Below, in pieces: positions 45,088-56,098 of a DNA stretch of 64,000 nt. The notes beneath the pieces are model-generated. The model was not told where the DNA came from and ran no database searches. It was given only the letters and a program-made list of their open reading frames with translations. Position numbers and translations under genes: made by a program. The stretch covers positions 6,843,604-6,907,603 of the forward strand of contig JAUPSS010000004.1 of NCBI GenBank assembly GCA_040285825.1. The letters are read 5' to 3'. Source of the stretch: Eukaryota sp. TZLM1-RC (Eukaryota > Protista > Metamonada: BaSk clade). Positions within the stretch are counted from its first letter, which is position 1, and every line of letters begins with the position of its first letter.

Positions 45088-46603
45088 CAGTGTTTTAATT
45101 GTTCCAGACCCAAAAAGTATGCCGAGTTTGTACTTCAAGATGATCAACTGGATTTCTTAATTTAACAGTAATATCAAGAAATGCACCAGCTTATCTTGAC
45201 CCATTGGCTAAATTTGACAATAAATGCCTATATTAATCGGGGTCAAAATCTATTGGAAAAATCAATAAGAAATGAACGACTTACCATCAATATGAAAACT
45301 CCGGCCACAAGTTTTTCAATCAGGACTGAATATTTTATGTTTTCTAGAAGAGAACTCCCCTGAGCTCATGAAAAGGCACTCTCTCTCTCGCCTTTATCCA
45401 GTTGGTCTCCATGCTTCTGCAGTTTGGAAAAAAAGCCGAATCTTATTTCACAAAGCTAAATGAAATCAAAAACCTTCTAAACAACCCTTATCGGTTTTTT
45501 AATAAATCCAAATTTATCAACTATACTATTTTTTCAAATGGTGATTCTTTGCGGTTCATGTTCATTCAGAAGGCAAGGAAAACGTATAATTGCCCGACTG
45601 AAGCGGAATTTGAGTCGAGACGTGTCTCTGGAAATTATGAGTTCCATAACTCTGAAAAAAAAAGAAAAAAAATGTAATGTCCAGAGAAAAGCAGATTCAC
45701 AGCAGAGAACACAGTTACCAGTGGATGAACAGTTTCATTATTGAGATTCTGATGAAAATTTGTTTTTTATAGCAATCTTTGCATTGTTGGTTCTTTCAGA
45801 AATTCTGCACCTGTATTTAACGGTACTGGCCTGCTGCTGAACCCAAAAGAACGAAAATAAAATCATCCTCCTTCTCTCACTCAAGCAACTCCTAATTGTT
45901 ATTCCGCTCAGAGCTTCCAAGAGTATCTAATTGAAATAAGTTTACCTTATGTTTCGGAATCTGAGGAAGGGTCTGAATATGCTTCAATTAGGTGTGGAAA
46001 CCTGCAGTGTGGTGCAAGAAAAAAATAACATACATGTAGAAGAAATAAGTTTGATTTTTTCATACGAAAACAAAAGAGACTAACTAAATTTATTAACAAA
46101 ATTAAACGCTTGTCTGAAGGAAGAAACACTATAGTTGGGTTCGGCAATGGCGGCGGTGGTCCATCTCGTCAAGCTGTGAAATCCCCCAGATAGTGATTTC
46201 TCAAACAAATCCAAAAACACTCTGAAAACGTCAAAGTGCGGGACGAGTTTATGACCTCAGCAAAAATGAATTGCTGTAAGGTCTTTCATAGAAAGATATA
46301 TCATGATGACGGAAGGGTAAATAACCCTAAGTTCGATTGTCATCGGTGTCAGACCAACTGGTCTAGGAACATCTCAGCCTCTAGAAATCAGCAGGAGATT
46401 GTAGTCAGTGAGTATTTCACTGGTACTAGGCCAGAACCATTCCGAAGACCAAGGTGTGAAAGACGTCTAAGAAGACAGCAGTAGCTGTTTTCATCAACGT
46501 ATTTCCAAGGTGTTTAGTGTATACTGACCCCTGGTGCTGAGAAGTTGACATCAGTTTTGGTGATATTTATTCAATATCCATTGGATGCGAAATTCTCAGT
46601 TTG

Positions 46604-49600
46604 ATGCATCTTGTACAGAAACGGCATTGTACGACTCTTCCCTGTTCAGTGTTCTCCACTGCTAATCCCAATGAACTTCTTTTGTGCTATGAACCACTTT
46701 GCGATGTCTATTTTCTTGTGGTGGAAAAGAGTCTTTTTCGCCTTGAAGCATCCACTCTTACCATTTCACAAGTACATACTTTTTCTTTGTCCAATGCAAC
46801 TGCCATTTCATGTAATCACCCATTCGTTGCAGTGGCTCATGCTTTCCACAGTGTTTCCATCTTTCAAATACCAACGGCTTCTACATGCTCACTCTTTCTA
46901 CAACTACCTCACTTCTCTTCATCATGCGTAAATTCTCTCTCTTTCAGTTCCGACGGTTTGTTGCTTGTAGGTGGTAGCAACGGTAGTTTTAGCATTATGA
47001 ATGTTGCTTTAAATTCTGAGTGTCATGTTCTCTCTACTTTTGTTATCCCCAATGCCCAACCTCAAGCTGTTTACTTACTTGATCATGATACAGTTTTCTT
47101 CGTTTCAGAGTCCTTTGATTTTTTCAAGTATTCAGTTTGCAATAAACATTTGGAGTCAATAATGAATTTTCAGTCAAAATTAATTGATTATTTCATTTAT
47201 AATGACTTTTTCTATGGTTGTACTCGTGATTCTTTTTTTATTATCAAGATCAAAGGAAATTGTCCCAATCAAATTATTGAAAAATCTTTTATTAATTGCG
47301 AGTTTCACTGTCATTCATTAGTGTTTTGCTCGAATTCTTTTGTGTTTCTGTTATCAACTGATGGTTATTTACATTTGGTTTCAGTCAGCCAAGACTTTGA
47401 TTTGTCCTTTGAGGATCAATGTGATTTCAGTCTTTTGTCAATTATCAACCCCCACCGTTGTCCTGATCAACTCAAGGTTGATCAATACCTATCATCGTTA
47501 CCTTCAAAATGTGCAAATAATATCATTTTGTTATCAAGTAGCACTCTTTATTTTTTGAATTATAATTTCATAGGGCCTCGTTGTGAATATAACTTTGATA
47601 ATTTATCTCTTTCTTGCCAAAATATTGATGGTCAATCTCAAAATTTCGACAACTTTATCAGTGATCTTTGCTGGAAAATAAGGGAGCCTTTGTCATCATT
47701 TCCTTCTAGGGTAGATTATGATGAGGTCCTATGTGATTGTTTGAGCACTATATTAAACTATTCTGATCAACTCAGCTTTATTCATCATTCTTGGTTACTC
47801 AATAGTATCATTACTTTGATTGGTAATTTGATTGGGGTAAATACACCCTTTGCACATTCCTTGTTTGATTTAATAAGTTCTGTCTTTGAATCTTATCAAT
47901 TTGAATGTGGTCACTTTACACGTCGTAATATCATACATTTTTTGACCTTGGTTGACTTTTCCAAAATTAAACAGACTCAGTCAGGTTTTATAAAGCTTGT
48001 CGAATCTTTGCTGGTTTTACTCTCTGAATCACACACTAAAATCAGCCCTGCTGATGCAACTTTGGGGTGTAACTTAATCTTAAAGGTGTCTAATTTTTCT
48101 AGTTTTCTCAAAAAGTTGCCATTGTTGGTCAACAATTTTTTCGATTTACACATTTTTGCTTCAACTGGTACTATTAGTTCTTCTTTATCGGTAATTAGTT
48201 TATTTCAGTTGATTAAACATGCGAACTGTGGAAATTCGTTGTTCAAAATCATCGAGTCTTTGCTTCTTCAATCTTTCAAATATGATTTAAAACCTGAAAC
48301 TTGTTTAAGTTTTTTAGTCAAGTCAACATTATTGTCGGACAACTTTCAAGAGAAATCCCTTGACTTTTTAATCCAGGAGTTACCTCGCTGTACCTGTATT
48401 TACTCAGTCTACTGCTATTCAAACAACCAACCAACTGAATTACTCTGGACAAGTGTCGAAAAGTGGTATCACTTTGGATGTTTTTATTGTAATCTTTTGC
48501 TATTTGGTATTATTGAAGATGTTGGAATTGGTTTTGAAGATAAAGAGTCTTTTGTCAGTAACCTAATTTACCAAATCTTTTTGAAGACAGTGGATTTTAA
48601 TTCTACAATTCAAATTTATAATGATTCTTTTACTAGTATTCTCAAAAAAATATCTAGTTTGTCTTGTGATTCACTGTTGCTTTCTATTTTTTCCAAAATT
48701 ACTGGAATCAGACCACAGGAATGCTTTGAAAATTTTGTTTTGCGACTGTTGAAGGTGCCTTACTTGTCACTTATACATTTTTCTAAAATATTGAAACATG
48801 CTACAGGTTTTCTATCACCAGTATCATTGATAGAACATTCTTGTAGCTGCCTGAATCACTTCCTCATTAAAAGTTCAAAATCATCCAATTCTGAACCTAA
48901 CTTTGACCCTCTATTGAAGACTAAACTTCCTCAAGTGGACTGTGATTTTTATTCGGAAATTTTCCCGATATTATCCTCTGCAATTAATTCCCTTGACCAA
49001 CAATTTATTACTGATAATAATTCTAATTTGGTTATTAAACCACTCATTGACCAATTTATTAAACTACTTCACAGCTTACCCTTTTTAGCGCTCATTGATA
49101 CTGATTATTTTTCTGGTTTTGTTGAAACTCTTGCTAATTTTTTGGTTGGATTTTTGATGGAACAGGTTCGAAATCACTGTCTGAGTTCCAATGCCGATTG
49201 TGCACTTTTCCAATTGATCACTAAATTAGTAAGTTTACATCATTCAACTGCTGGTTCTAGAAGATCTTTGCTTCCCAAGACTCGGCAACTTCATTCCTTG
49301 TTTTCTGAATTAGAATTAAATACTATTGTTTCAGCTTTTGCTTCCAAGTCAGCAAGTTTTGGTGGATGTTTGGGTTCTCTAGTTATCCTTATCAAGGAGT
49401 GTCCCTTGGTTTTACCTTATTCTTTTCGAATTAAGTTGATGAAGCAGTTAATAAACTTTTATAATGGTAATTCTGAATCAAAAAAGCTTGTTTTTGAGGT
49501 TGATCGTGAAGATCCAATCAATTCTTTTAAGGCGAGTTTTGATGCAAATTCGTTGATTGATATTAGAAATTGTAATCTACGCATTTCTTTTACCAATGAA

Positions 49601-50488
49601 GTTGGAATTGATGTCAAAGGCTTACGACAAGAGTGTTTTAGTTTGGTCTCAAGACAATTGTTCTTTGAATTAAATGACAACATGGTAGAATATGGTGATT
49701 TTACTATTCCTAATGTCAAATCTTGTAATTCTTTTCAAAAATTCATCGGATTTTTACTGGCTCAATCGTTTTTGAATGACCTGACATTGAATTGTAATTT
49801 ACACCCTCTCTGTTGGAAAATTTTACTTGGACAAACGGTTTCTTTGTTTGAGTTACTCCAATATGACGTTTTTCTCAGGAATTCAGTTGACTCAATATTG
49901 GCTTGTCCTGCTTCTATGGGTCTTTTTTTCACTTCTTTTGATGGAAAGGAACTAGTTCCATCTGGTTCTTTTCAACCTGTAACTGATTTAAACAAATGGT
50001 CATTTGTCACAAAGCTTCTTGAATTTGAGCTTAACAAACTAAAGGCCTCAATGGTTGTTGTTAAGCAAACTTTCCGGTGCTTCGTTTCGCCCCAAGTTTT
50101 GAAGTTAATATCTTCAGAAGAACTTTCTTCTGCCATTTGTGGGCTCTCAGTAATTGATGTTGAAGTACTAAAAGGCGTGACCAAAATCAAAGGAACTGAT
50201 GCTGACAATGACACTGTGAAGTTTTTCTGGAAAGAGTTGGAAAGCTCCTCTCAGGATAGACTGCAGCAATTTGTAGAATTTGTAACTAGTTCACCACGAG
50301 TTTCACCGAATTTGCTCTACCAAGACCAGCCCTATCTCACTGTACACGTCACTCCCAAGTCCACTCGCCTTCCGTCAGCTTCTACCTGCTTCTCCTTATT
50401 GAAGTTACCTGACTATGGGGATCAAGACCTTCTTCAAACCAAACTTTGGAGTGCAATTGAGAGTGATCGGAGTTTTTCCTTTGACTAA
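46604..50488 (+). CDS. HECT E3 ubiquitin ligase with N-terminal beta-propeller-like region
   Basis: FTNEVGIDVKGLRQECF, FFWKEL, QFVEFVTSSPR, and catalytic LPSASTCFSLLKLPDY with terminal F. WD-like VNSLSFSSDGLLLVGG. Confidence 0.88.
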   Translation: MHLVQKRHCTTLPCSVFSTANPNELLLCYEPLCDVYFLVVEKSLFRLEASTLTISQVHTFSLSNATAISCNHPFVAVAHAFHSVSIFQIPTASTCSLFLQLPHFSSSCVNSLSFSSDGLLLVGGSNGSFSIMNVALNSECHVLSTFVIPNAQPQAVYLLDHDTVFFVSESFDFFKYSVCNKHLESIMNFQSKLIDYFIYNDFFYGCTRDSFFIIKIKGNCPNQIIEKSFINCEFHCHSLVFCSNSFVFLLSTDGYLHLVSVSQDFDLSFEDQCDFSLLSIINPHRCPDQLKVDQYLSSLPSKCANNIILLSSSTLYFLNYNFIGPRCEYNFDNLSLSCQNIDGQSQNFDNFISDLCWKIREPLSSFPSRVDYDEVLCDCLSTILNYSDQLSFIHHSWLLNSIITLIGNLIGVNTPFAHSLFDLISSVFESYQFECGHFTRRNIIHFLTLVDFSKIKQTQSGFIKLVESLLVLLSESHTKISPADATLGCNLILKVSNFSSFLKKLPLLVNNFFDLHIFASTGTISSSLSVISLFQLIKHANCGNSLFKIIESLLLQSFKYDLKPETCLSFLVKSTLLSDNFQEKSLDFLIQELPRCTCIYSVYCYSNNQPTELLWTSVEKWYHFGCFYCNLLLFGIIEDVGIGFEDKESFVSNLIYQIFLKTVDFNSTIQIYNDSFTSILKKISSLSCDSLLLSIFSKITGIRPQECFENFVLRLLKVPYLSLIHFSKILKHATGFLSPVSLIEHSCSCLNHFLIKSSKSSNSEPNFDPLLKTKLPQVDCDFYSEIFPILSSAINSLDQQFITDNNSNLVIKPLIDQFIKLLHSLPFLALIDTDYFSGFVETLANFLVGFLMEQVRNHCLSSNADCALFQLITKLVSLHHSTAGSRRSLLPKTRQLHSLFSELELNTIVSAFASKSASFGGCLGSLVILIKECPLVLPYSFRIKLMKQLINFYNGNSESKKLVFEVDREDPINSFKASFDANSLIDIRNCNLRISFTNEVGIDVKGLRQECFSLVSRQLFFELNDNMVEYGDFTIPNVKSCNSFQKFIGFLLAQSFLNDLTLNCNLHPLCWKILLGQTVSLFELLQYDVFLRNSVDSILACPASMGLFFTSFDGKELVPSGSFQPVTDLNKWSFVTKLLEFELNKLKASMVVVKQTFRCFVSPQVLKLISSEELSSAICGLSVIDVEVLKGVTKIKGTDADNDTVKFFWKELESSSQDRLQQFVEFVTSSPRVSPNLLYQDQPYLTVHVTPKSTRLPSASTCFSLLKLPDYGDQDLLQTKLWSAIESDRSFSFD

Positions 50489-51091
50489 GTTTTTTCGTTG
50501 TTGAGATGATGTTGAGTGTTATTCAGTATTGAATCTTCTGTCTTTGTAGAATAAATTCATTTTTTTGAAGGTAAGCAGTGTTTTTTTAGGTTTCCACAAA
50601 GAAATTTCAACATTTGAGATACTGTCTAATTGTTTCAGCATTTGAAGCTTTCACATCATCATTTGTAGGATTTTCAATTCACTTTCAATATGAGTTTATA
50701 TATATGTATGTATGTATTTATATATGAGTTTCAATATGAGTTTTTGTTAAAATTTACTGTGAGTGAAAAAGGGAGTGGGATTCAGATCTGCATGTAATAG
50801 AATAAACAATTGTATGTACAATAGTACCAGCATTGAAAATATGGTCAAAATGTGTTATCGAATACTCCCTTAAAATGGTTGAGCTATCAAGACGAATCAA
50901 AGTAATGGGATTTACTCTTTTTAAATAAGGAACGAAACAAGTACATTCAATTTGTTATATTTTGCATATCTGTTTGTCACCCTTTGTGAAATGAAGGTCT
51001 CACTTTTGTGTATGATCTAGGACAAGTTTTGCAGGCTTGAAGCTCATATTCATTTTTTTATTTGGAAGAACAGAATTGTGTTTCTTTTATT

Positions 51092-51430
51092 AAATTTATT
51101 TATTTATTGAACTTGCACACTTAACAAAATAAACTGATAACTAATGGGACGAAATTCATTGAACCAAGATTTCCTCTACAAATGCTTGATCTACTTTCTG
51201 TCTAGCTAAAGCTTCTCTAATTCGATTGAAAAACCGAGGCAACCTATTAATAATGGCAAATTGAATTCGAGGGCGCCATAAAAAGATATCAAATCTTTTC
51301 ATTTTTTTCTTGAACCATTTGTTGGAAATCATTCAAAAAAGTTTCTGCTTCTACTGATAGTCTTCCATTAATAGAAAATGGGAAACCAATAAAACAAGTG
51401 GTCTATTTCTATCAGCATTAGCTTCTTCTT
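51092..51430 (-). mobile_element. Short 3' fragment of the RLE non-LTR family
   Basis: Matches 18810-19135. (TAAA)n tail. 11-bp TSD TTTCTTTTATT at 51081-91 and 51431-41. Confidence 0.85.
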
Positions 51431-52448
51431 TTTCTTTTATTCAAGACTCTTTTCTGATGTTTCAACTCAATAATTAATAGCATTTCTGAGAACAACAATA
51501 ATCGTGCGGTCAATCCTGTCAATAGTGAAAATGTCGCAGTGATTTTTTTCAACTTTCTTGGTTACTGCTTATGTGATGTGTCTAAATTTCTCAATGAATA
51601 ACAAGGTATTTTGCAATAGACAAACAATGAACTCAAAATGTATTTCTCAGTTAGCCATAATTGAAAAATTAAGGAGTAATTGTTTGAAAACTAAAACAAT
51701 CACTTATTACCAACACTACCGCTCGTCTCTCAACTTTTGAAGAATATATTTAAAAACACATTAAATTTTTACTCAATCCAAATTGAAAATCATTCTCCAA
51801 TTCAATTTTGTCTAATTCATTGATGAAGTTATTTGCTTCATGGTGCCTTTGTGTAACCATTCTTGATACTTTTCTGCATTGAAATCAATGATCCAAGCCC
51901 AGATTTCAATAACCACAAAAAACATAAAGCAGTTCATCCACCACCAAACAGACTTACATTAATTGAATAATTAACACAATCATCGGAGAAATCGTTGTTT
52001 TGTGGAATTGTTTTGGCAACACTTTTTAAATAAACAAGAAATCAAAAGCTTTAGATTTGGAAGAATATTTCACATTTGTTATGCTAAAAATTCGTTACTC
52101 TGGAAAATAACTAACATTTTGAGCTCTTTTCCTGCTTCTACAATTTTTGACTTTTATTTATTCTTCAACTCGATTAAAACAGAATTTTCTAGATTTTGGA
52201 GCAGAAATGACAACACTCATCTTTATTGTGTATCTAATTTGGACTAATTCACATTCTATTCTGCACTGATGTGATTTTTCTCAAAATCACAAGAACCATA
52301 ATCTTTATAAAAACAGCAAAATTAAAAAATAAACAATAAATTACAGACCCTAGAATAAAAGGAAAGCTAAAAAATGGGAACTATTCAGACCAAATACTAT
52401 AAACAAGTAAATCAAAAATAACATTAAAATTAATAAAAAAACAAAAAC

Positions 52449-55400
52449 TTATTTAAAGAGAAGGACTTTTAAAACCTTCAATACTCTCAAATCACGATCA
52501 ACTAACCTCAACAAAACAGCAGTAGAAGATTTGCAAGATACCTGTACACCAAACTCTGAGGCAACAAGTGAAGGTAGGCATCTAAAACAATTTTCAATAG
52601 GAAAAACAATTTTCGGACTACTCGATATTAATTTGCATTCAGAAACAGCTTCTTTAAAACCATTTATAGTTATTGTTTGTTTTGAAAAGGAAGCACATAA
52701 ACTGATTTCATGAACTTCAGGGCAAAATGGTTCTAGAAGGTACGATAAAAATTTTCCAAAACTAGCCGTATACAAAAAACAACCCAGAAAAGACACATTA
52801 CTAGCGACTTTACCAGAGAAGTGACCCCCGTTGGAAAAACAAAGGTCAACTGAAGGTACACCTGATGCAATGATATCAGTGGGAGAAATACCATCAAAGT
52901 TTTGATTGAAGGAGAAATCATAGTCAACTGAATTCTGCTGAATTTCTGACCTGATGACCCCTTCAACAATCAGAGGCTGAATATCAATTTCCACATCTAA
53001 TTCGTTAACCATTTGGCTACCATCAAAGATAGAAACAGTAGTACAAATTGTTTTTGGTTTATGTGTTCTACTGGTGTGATCACGAAAAAGAGGAGCTTTC
53101 CATGACTCACTGGGATTTGGAGTAATAGTGGCATTTTGCTTGGACCGGAAATAGACATACTTTTCATCATCAATTAAAACTTCCAACGACACAACCACAC
53201 AATCATTTGATTCGAGATATAATAACCCCACATTACCATCAACATACAGTACTTCTTCCTCGACACTCAAATTCTTTCTCTTCTCATAAGACCTTAATGC
53301 CCTTACTCTGGTTGAATTAGGAAAAGAAATAAAACTACAAGAAGAGGATACGGTAAGCAACTTTGAACAATTGAACAGATTGGTAACAGAAAATTCTAAA
53401 AGTGCTGGCTCCCCATAAGATGCATTCACCTTAAACTTTCTTGGCCTATCAGCTACTAGTGACACTGGAGCAGAAATAGGATTTAATGTCGAAGGAGAGC
53501 CAAGGTCATAAATCTGACGTGGAAAGGTCAAAACTGAGTTAGAATTTCCATGAGTGGATTTAAAACTTAATTTTCGAGCGATAGACAAATGAAGGTAACC
53601 CAAGCAATGTCCTTCTTGTTTGTTGGAAATAATTGGAAACTCTGCAGAAATTTTCAATAAACTTCTAGGTGTACTGAAATTAAACTGCAAAGAATCCATC
53701 GAAACTTTACAATACCCAATGCTAGAAATGGTATCAGCATCAAAAACATCAATAAAAACAGAGTGATTAGCCAATTGTCGCTCTGTACGGTGGAAAATTT
53801 CATTGTTAGAATGATTGACTCTAAATGCTACATCAATACCATAACAGACCTTATTCGAATTAATCAGAAAAGATGGAATTAAAATCATTGGATTCGGCTT
53901 TTCAGATGACGTCATTGATGGATTTTGGTCCAAAATGGTCAAACAAGGAGTACAAAGTGGTTCAAAACTTAGAAAATTGACATTTAAATAAATATTTTTT
54001 ACAGAATTTAAAAGTTTTTTTGAGCGAAATTCAGCAGCAATAATTGAAAAAAGAAACTCCGAATTACACGGAAAATTGGATAATAGTTCTCGAGGAGCAG
54101 TACTCGCGACAGGAACAACAACCAAATTGGCTTGATAATCATCAATCAAATGATCAGTTTCCTGTGCATTCTTGACTGTTGACATCATAAAGGCCAGTCT
54201 ACCGCGCGTGGCTGTTCTCATTGATGGATTTAATTCAAGTTCATGGTCAGAAGGTTGATCTGAAACAGATTGAATAAAAGATTCATTTAAAGGGCTATCC
54301 TTTGCTTCCAAAGAACTTTCCTGTTTAGTTGAAACAGTATCAGATGACTTGACATCCACTTGATTGTCATCAAATTTTGTTTGATCATCAGCAACATCCA
54401 CTTGATTGTCATCAAATTTTGTTTGATCATCAGCAACATCTGATTGATTGTCATCAAATTTTGATTGATCATCAGCAACATCTGATTGATTGTCATCAAA
54501 TTTTGATTGATCATCAGCAACATCTGATTGATTGTCATCAAATTTTGATTGATCATCAGCAAAGCTAATGTTGGTTGAAATTCTGTCAAAAACGCCCTCA
54601 AAAGAAAGTGAATTTATTTGGTTTTGAACAATATCATCACCATTAAATTCAGCTTCACCAAGAAGAACAGTAAACAAAGAAGAAAGTTCTTCAACATCAT
54701 TGTTAACCTTTTTCCCTTTTTTAATTCCCTTGACAGATTTGGTAATTGTCAACTCAATATTGAATTTGATAGAAACCTTGATTCTAGAAGATGCATAAAA
54801 TGAAAGGAAGCAGTTAGTATCTTTTAAAATATTGGAATCAGCAAAATTAAAAACAACTTTTACGATTTGAGTATTCAAAACCCCAGAAAAAACTTTGAAT
54901 TCTAAAAAACGCTCAACAATCATAGGAGGACTCGAAATGTCAAAATTCAAACTGAAATGTTTGGAAATCTGCTGCAATAGCAAAGATTCATCTAGTTTAG
55001 TCTGAAATGAAAAACTCGATATTTGACAGGTAGATGGCTGTAGTAAAGACATGTTTGAATAGAACAAAATATTATAGTAAACCTCACCATCATGTTGGTA
55101 TTCTGCATGTAATAGATTATTACCCTCCTTTATATTAGGAAGAACAGGAAACTCACCCGGTTCAAAGCAATTCAACCTATCAAATGCTGATACTGGAACC
55201 TTTAGGGGTAATAACGAACCATTATCACAGACTGGAGAATGCCTGAACCCATACGAAAGGTGACCGGGAATGACCGGAAGCTTAATATTAGGGTTAGTTA
55301 GCAATCCAACACATGAAGGTGCATAGAGAAATGTCGTAGCAAAGGAAAGGGCGGCGGTGGAAAGAGATTTGGAAGAAGGACATGGAAAAAAATACCATCC

Positions 55401-55751
55401 CACTGATTGAGGGATTGAGGAAGGATTGGAAGTAGAGAGGAGAAATTCAATGATGATTAAGCATTTGGTGTCAGTGGGTACACGTATAACGAGAGGATAA
55501 TTGAGAATAGCAGAAATACCAGACAGGGAATCATTTGGAAAACCTGGAAGAGCAACACCACACTCTTCTGGAAAAAAAATGTATGGTGACATACTCTGTT
55601 GTGTATGAAAAGTGTGTTCGTGAAAGACATATGAATGTACCTCAAGATTGATTTGGTCAAGAGAAGAAATACTTTGTAGAAGTGAAGTCGGTATCGGTAG
55701 ATTACTCACTGAGTGTAAAAGAATGTAAACAATGCGTTCCCTTGAGGTCAT
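52449..55751 (-). CDS. NPHP4: Nephrocystin-4-like ciliary transition-zone protein
   Basis: C2-like segments (IIIEF..SVGWY; VFIDVFDADTISSIGYCKVSM) and ASYGEPALLEFSVTN of the C-terminal Ig-like region. First ATG is at 55751. Confidence 0.65.
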   Translation of the reverse strand: MTSRERIVYILLHSVSNLPIPTSLLQSISSLDQINLEVHSYVFHEHTFHTQQSMSPYIFFPEECGVALPGFPNDSLSGISAILNYPLVIRVPTDTKCLIIIEFLLSTSNPSSIPQSVGWYFFPCPSSKSLSTAALSFATTFLYAPSCVGLLTNPNIKLPVIPGHLSYGFRHSPVCDNGSLLPLKVPVSAFDRLNCFEPGEFPVLPNIKEGNNLLHAEYQHDGEVYYNILFYSNMSLLQPSTCQISSFSFQTKLDESLLLQQISKHFSLNFDISSPPMIVERFLEFKVFSGVLNTQIVKVVFNFADSNILKDTNCFLSFYASSRIKVSIKFNIELTITKSVKGIKKGKKVNNDVEELSSLFTVLLGEAEFNGDDIVQNQINSLSFEGVFDRISTNISFADDQSKFDDNQSDVADDQSKFDDNQSDVADDQSKFDDNQSDVADDQTKFDDNQVDVADDQTKFDDNQVDVKSSDTVSTKQESSLEAKDSPLNESFIQSVSDQPSDHELELNPSMRTATRGRLAFMMSTVKNAQETDHLIDDYQANLVVVPVASTAPRELLSNFPCNSEFLFSIIAAEFRSKKLLNSVKNIYLNVNFLSFEPLCTPCLTILDQNPSMTSSEKPNPMILIPSFLINSNKVCYGIDVAFRVNHSNNEIFHRTERQLANHSVFIDVFDADTISSIGYCKVSMDSLQFNFSTPRSLLKISAEFPIISNKQEGHCLGYLHLSIARKLSFKSTHGNSNSVLTFPRQIYDLGSPSTLNPISAPVSLVADRPRKFKVNASYGEPALLEFSVTNLFNCSKLLTVSSSCSFISFPNSTRVRALRSYEKRKNLSVEEEVLYVDGNVGLLYLESNDCVVVSLEVLIDDEKYVYFRSKQNATITPNPSESWKAPLFRDHTSRTHKPKTICTTVSIFDGSQMVNELDVEIDIQPLIVEGVIRSEIQQNSVDYDFSFNQNFDGISPTDIIASGVPSVDLCFSNGGHFSGKVASNVSFLGCFLYTASFGKFLSYLLEPFCPEVHEISLCASFSKQTITINGFKEAVSECKLISSSPKIVFPIENCFRCLPSLVASEFGVQVSCKSSTAVLLRLVDRDLRVLKVLKVLLFK
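54345..54561 (-). repeat. Coding minisatellite, about 5 x 42 bp (ADDQSKFDDNQSDV)
   Basis: Direct tandem repeat visible in DNA and protein; each unit consists of two related 21-bp halves. Confidence 0.95.
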
Positions 55752-55778
55752 GTATGTTGAGGTGACAGAGTGTAGCAA

Positions 55779-56098
55779 CGAGAGTACAGTGCTATGGTAC
55801 CCAAAAATACATGCTAATAAATCTACTGTGAATTTCACTTATCATGCATTCCCCTGTGAAATTCACTCCTGTTTTCAACTCCCTCAGTGTCTACTCACAG
55901 GCTGTAAGAGACATGTAGCATCATTTGACAAAGACAATCATGATCTTCATCAATGGGCTACCTCACTTAAATACACCTGCTGCTTTCACAGAACAAAGCC
56001 TCGCGACTTGATGTATCTAAGTGGATCTACCAAATGCTACTAGGGCATTTGTAGATCATTCTCAAAAGTTTTTGTTTCTGTATGCTCAGGTTCCCCAT
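55779..56098 (-). ncRNA. Candidate omegaRNA (scaffold plus flank-derived guide) of Fz-D
   Basis: Consecutive stems at 56024-56057, 55964-56023, 55915-55961, 55888-55913 and 55828-55866, plus a closing stem 56079-91/55799-811. Several pair through G-U only on the Fanzor-sense strand. Confidence 0.65.

Larger units (their letters stand above)
37060..46484 (+). pseudogene. Fanzor-like nuclease (Fz-C), split by nested LINE and Gypsy (parts about 37060-37530 and 45092-46484)
   Basis: The 5' part (YSEHSKWLTQSHFWSIC..PKQRRPF, QLLTDGPVVWK) aligns with Fz-B. It resumes after the LTR with NCSRPKKYAEFVL, then SNGDSL, GFGNG, RDEFMTSAKMNCC, CHRCQTNWSRNISASRN and RPEPF. Confidence 0.85.
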
